Of a DNA stretch of 64,000 bases, positions 61,328-64,000 are shown piece after piece. The stretch spans positions 5,634 to 69,633 of the forward strand of contig JAGBEP010000013.1 of the NCBI GenBank assembly GCA_017936925.1, written 5' to 3'. Source of the DNA: Clostridia bacterium. Its GTDB lineage: Bacteria; Bacillota; Clostridia; TANB77; CAG-508. A program made the position numbers and the translations under genes. How positions within the stretch are numbered: position 1 is the stretch's first letter; the number at the start of each line of letters is the position of its first letter. Under the pieces are notes generated by a model, which saw only the letters and a list, made by a program, of their open reading frames with translations, was not told the origin of the DNA and did no database searches.

Positions 61328-61678
61328 ATGTACGCAATTATTGAAGCATGTGGAAAACAATACAAAGTAGCACAAGGAGATGTTGTATTTTTTGAAAAGT
61401 TAGATACTGAAGAAGGTAAAAAAGTTACTTTTGATAAAGTTGTTTTAGTATCTGATGATAAAAAAGTTCAAGTTGGAAATCCTTATGTTAAAGGTATTAA
61501 AGTTGAAGGAAAAGTAGTTTCTCATGGTAAAGCTAAAAAGATTCTTGTATTCAAATATAAAGCTAAAAAGAATTATAGAAGAACACAAGGTCATAGACAA
61601 CCATATACAAAAGTAGAAATTACTGGAATTAAGTTACCAGCAGCTAAAAAAGAAGCTACAGCTGAAGCTGCAAAATAA
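61328..61678 (+). CDS. rplU: 50S ribosomal protein L21
   Basis: MYAII..GKQYKV and GHRQPYT motifs. Confidence 0.98.
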   Translation: MYAIIEACGKQYKVAQGDVVFFEKLDTEEGKKVTFDKVVLVSDDKKVQVGNPYVKGIKVEGKVVSHGKAKKILVFKYKAKKNYRRTQGHRQPYTKVEITGIKLPAAKKEATAEAAK

Positions 61679-61737
61679 TTTTAGATTAAATTTAATGTGT
61701 AACATATAAAATCTTTATGTGAAGGGAGTGAATTTAA

Positions 61738-62007
61738 GTGGCACATAAAAAAGGTCAAGGTAGTGTTAAGAACGGTAGAGACAGTGAGTCAAAGAGACTT
61801 GGTGTAAAAAGAGCTGACGGACAATATGTTTTGGCAGGAAATATTTTAGTTAGACAAAGAGGTACTCACATCCATCCAGGTACTAATGTTGGAAAAGGTA
61901 GTGATGATACATTATTTGCTTTATCAAATGGAAAAGTTAAATTTGAAAAATTAGGTAGAGATAAAAAACAAGTTAGTGTTTATCCGGTAGAAAATGCTGC
62001 TGAATAA
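61738..62007 (+). CDS. rpmA: 50S ribosomal protein L27 (short form)
   Basis: AHKKG..S.KNGRDS..KRLG and RQRGT motifs. Confidence 0.98.
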   Translation: MAHKKGQGSVKNGRDSESKRLGVKRADGQYVLAGNILVRQRGTHIHPGTNVGKGSDDTLFALSNGKVKFEKLGRDKKQVSVYPVENAAE

Positions 62008-62150
62008 TATTAATAAAAAATAAAAGACATATACTTAACGTGTATGTCTTCTATTTTTTTATTGGCAACATATAATTACTCTTTTTTACTTTTATTATTC
62101 TTTCTCTTCTCTACTTTTGAAAAAATATGATATGAATATTTTAAAATCTG

Positions 62151-62179
62151 TTGACAAATACTAAATTAGCAGGTATAAT
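62151..62179 (+). promoter_or_regulatory. Consensus sigma-A promoter of the tRNA
   Basis: TTGACA-17-TATAAT. Confidence 0.85.
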
Positions 62180-62191
62180 GTAAATCGTTAT

Positions 62192-62268
62192 GGCGAGATA
62201 GCTCAGCTGGCTAGAGCAACTGGTTCATACCCAGTAGGTCGAGAGTTCGAATCTCCCTCTCGCTACCA
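62192..62268 (+). tRNA. tRNA-Met (CAT), probably elongator
   Basis: Cloverleaf with GGCGAGA/TCTCGCT acceptor stem, ACTGG-TTCATAC-CCAGT anticodon arm, GTTCGAATC T-loop and encoded CCA; lacks initiator features. Confidence 0.95.
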
Positions 62269-63736
62269 AATTTTTAGACTCATTATCGTTGAAATTAAGA
62301 TATATTCGTATTTCATCGGTCGTGAGTTCTATTTTTTTTACCCATTTTTGAATTAATCTTTTTAGTTTATATTTAGATTGCATATCGAATGCTAAAATAT
62401 CTGACTTTATGGCATTTCTAATTTTCTCAGGTGTTATATAATCTGTTTCGACTATACGCTTTTTATATTCAAGTTCTTCCTCTATTATTTCTTTTCTTCC
62501 TTCTAAATCAAGCATTTTCTCTTTTATTGAGTTGGTAGCGATACCATTCATGACCATATTTATTAAATTATCAATTTGTGCTTTTATTTTTTTTAATTGT
62601 TTTTCTAGCATTTCAACATCTTCTGTAAAGTCTTTTTGTGCTGATTTATATTCTTTGTCTATTCTTGTTACTATTTCTTCTATAGTTTTTATATCTAATA
62701 ATTTTTCAGTTAATAATTTTATAACTTCAGCTTCTATAACTTCTTGTTTAACTAATGGACTTGTACATTTATTTTTGCTATTTCTATTAATACATTTATA
62801 ATATCTATATGTATATTTTTTACCATTTTTAATTCTTGGATTAGTAGTTCCACAATATTTTGCTCCACATTTTGGACATACAATAAGTCCAGTTAATAAG
62901 TAAAAGTTTTTTGAAGCTGTGCTTTCTTTTTTTCTCTTTTTTTCGTTCACTTTATAAAACACCTCTTTTTCTATAATTGCAGGTATTGCATTTTCATTTC
63001 TAATAGTATCTTCTCTTACTTCTCTATGATTATCACTAGTACCTTTATTATAAATATATATTCCAATATATTTTTCATTTTTTAATAAATCAACAAGTGA
63101 ATTTATTTTAAATTCTTTACCTTTTTTAGTTTTATAACCTAATTTGTTTAACTCGGTAATAATCTCATTTAAAGAATATCCTTTGTTTCTTAAATCAAAT
63201 ATCTTTTTAACAATTTTAGCTTCTTTTTCGTTTATAACATATTTTTTATCTACAATATCATACCCAAGTGGTGGAATACCTCCGTTAAATAAACTGTCTT
63301 TAGCATTTGCTTTTAATGCTCTATTTACATTTGAAGCTAAATTCTCTATATAATACTGATCCATTCCAGCTAAAAGCGTAGTCATTAATTTTCCTTCTGG
63401 CGTATTATCATCTATTGGTTGAGTAATGGATATTAATTGAACTCCATGTTTTTTTAAATTTTCTCTATACATCAAACTATCTATTGTGCTTCTTGCAAAT
63501 CTATCCGTTTTCCAAACTAATACCGCTCCTATTTTTTTATTTTTGCATGCATCTTTGCACATTTCTTGAAAGTTTTCTCTTGTTGATTTTTTACCACTTT
63601 GAGCTTCATCGCAATAATACTTCACTATTTCTATATTATTTCTCTTTGCATATTCCTCTAATTCATTCTTTTGTTGCTCAATAGATGCTTCATTTTGTAA
63701 ATCAGAAGAATATCTACAGTAACCATAAGCAAGCAT
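62225..63736 (-). CDS. Large serine recombinase (integrase)
   Basis: YCRYSS catalytic Ser, DRFAR, PPLGY recombinase domain, CPKCG...YYKC Zn ribbon and coiled coil. Confidence 0.93.
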   Translation of the reverse strand: MLAYGYCRYSSDLQNEASIEQQKNELEEYAKRNNIEIVKYYCDEAQSGKKSTRENFQEMCKDACKNKKIGAVLVWKTDRFARSTIDSLMYRENLKKHGVQLISITQPIDDNTPEGKLMTTLLAGMDQYYIENLASNVNRALKANAKDSLFNGGIPPLGYDIVDKKYVINEKEAKIVKKIFDLRNKGYSLNEIITELNKLGYKTKKGKEFKINSLVDLLKNEKYIGIYIYNKGTSDNHREVREDTIRNENAIPAIIEKEVFYKVNEKKRKKESTASKNFYLLTGLIVCPKCGAKYCGTTNPRIKNGKKYTYRYYKCINRNSKNKCTSPLVKQEVIEAEVIKLLTEKLLDIKTIEEIVTRIDKEYKSAQKDFTEDVEMLEKQLKKIKAQIDNLINMVMNGIATNSIKEKMLDLEGRKEIIEEELEYKKRIVETDYITPEKIRNAIKSDILAFDMQSKYKLKRLIQKWVKKIELTTDEIRIYLNFNDNESKNLVARGRFELSTYWV

Positions 63737-63821
63737 AGTTCCTCCTCTAAAATAAAAAGATAAGTAGTTCTGCTACCTATCTTTTGTACTTTAGTAATAA
63801 TACTATACTTTTTATTTTTTT

Positions 63822-63989
63822 TCAATCCTTCATATATTCTAAAGCAAATCTTATGCATTCATTAATTATAGAATTGACTGATTGATTATTTTCAAAAGAT
63901 AACTTTTCTAACTTATCCAATAATTCCTCTTCAATTCTGCACGTCCTTTGTACATAGTTTCCTCTTTTTCTTATTATAAATTCTTTCAT
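63822..63989 (-). CDS. Small ribbon-helix-helix-like DNA-binding protein (55 aa)
   Basis: Not in the ORF track. MKEFIIRKRGNYVQRTCRIEEELLDKLEKLSFENNQSVNSIINECIRFALEYMKD, with an AGGTG RBS. Confidence 0.7.
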   Translation of the reverse strand: MKEFIIRKRGNYVQRTCRIEEELLDKLEKLSFENNQSVNSIINECIRFALEYMKD

Positions 63990-64000
63990 ATATGACACCT

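Larger units (their letters stand above)
62225..64000. mobile_element. Left end of an element (prophage or island) integrated at tRNA-Met, continuing beyond the window
   Basis: The recombinase overlaps the tRNA 3' half; the other att site is not visible in this window. Confidence 0.7.

Noticed and set aside
55..63858. Many short ORFs antisense to long genes (Phe/Leu/Ile/Ser-rich), e.g. 28439..29275, 26642..27187 and 20386..20673
   Set aside because: They are shadows of the real genes on the opposite strand, with no RBS or recognisable motifs
63658..63858. 66-aa minus-strand ORF from the track
   Set aside because: It overlaps both the recombinase start and the better-supported 63822..63989 ORF, and has no RBS

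Overview
Low-GC Clostridia-like chromosomal window with most genes on the minus strand. It holds a split division/cell-wall cluster (mraZ-rsmH-ftsL-PBP, then about 8 kb of unrelated genes, then murE-mraY-ftsW-murG), housekeeping genes (pyrBI, nfo, ymfF/ymfH-like, rpsU, holB, lepB, rsmA, rpsF-ssb-rpsR, rplU-rpmA), a WalRK-like two-component pair, a roughly 2,590-aa cyclic beta-1,2-glucan synthase-like gene, two giant surface-protein genes, and at the right edge the start of an element carrying a large serine recombinase integrated at a tRNA-Met. The most striking signal is that the two frameshifted genes I found (murE, normally essential, and a Cof-type HAD hydrolase) both break at an in-frame CGG codon followed by A, and skipping the C (C-GGA, Gly) restores full-length proteins. 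A manual scan found no other in-frame CGG in the typical host genes, which suggests CGG may act as a +1 frameshift or four-base signal in this lineage; read-level confirmation is needed. Other points: a CAAAAGA motif array with hairpins between mraZ and rsmH, a recombinase C-terminus encoded antisense to the tRNA, L27 without its N-terminal extension and without prp, and probable ATA start codons. All calls come from reading motifs by eye; no database searches were run.
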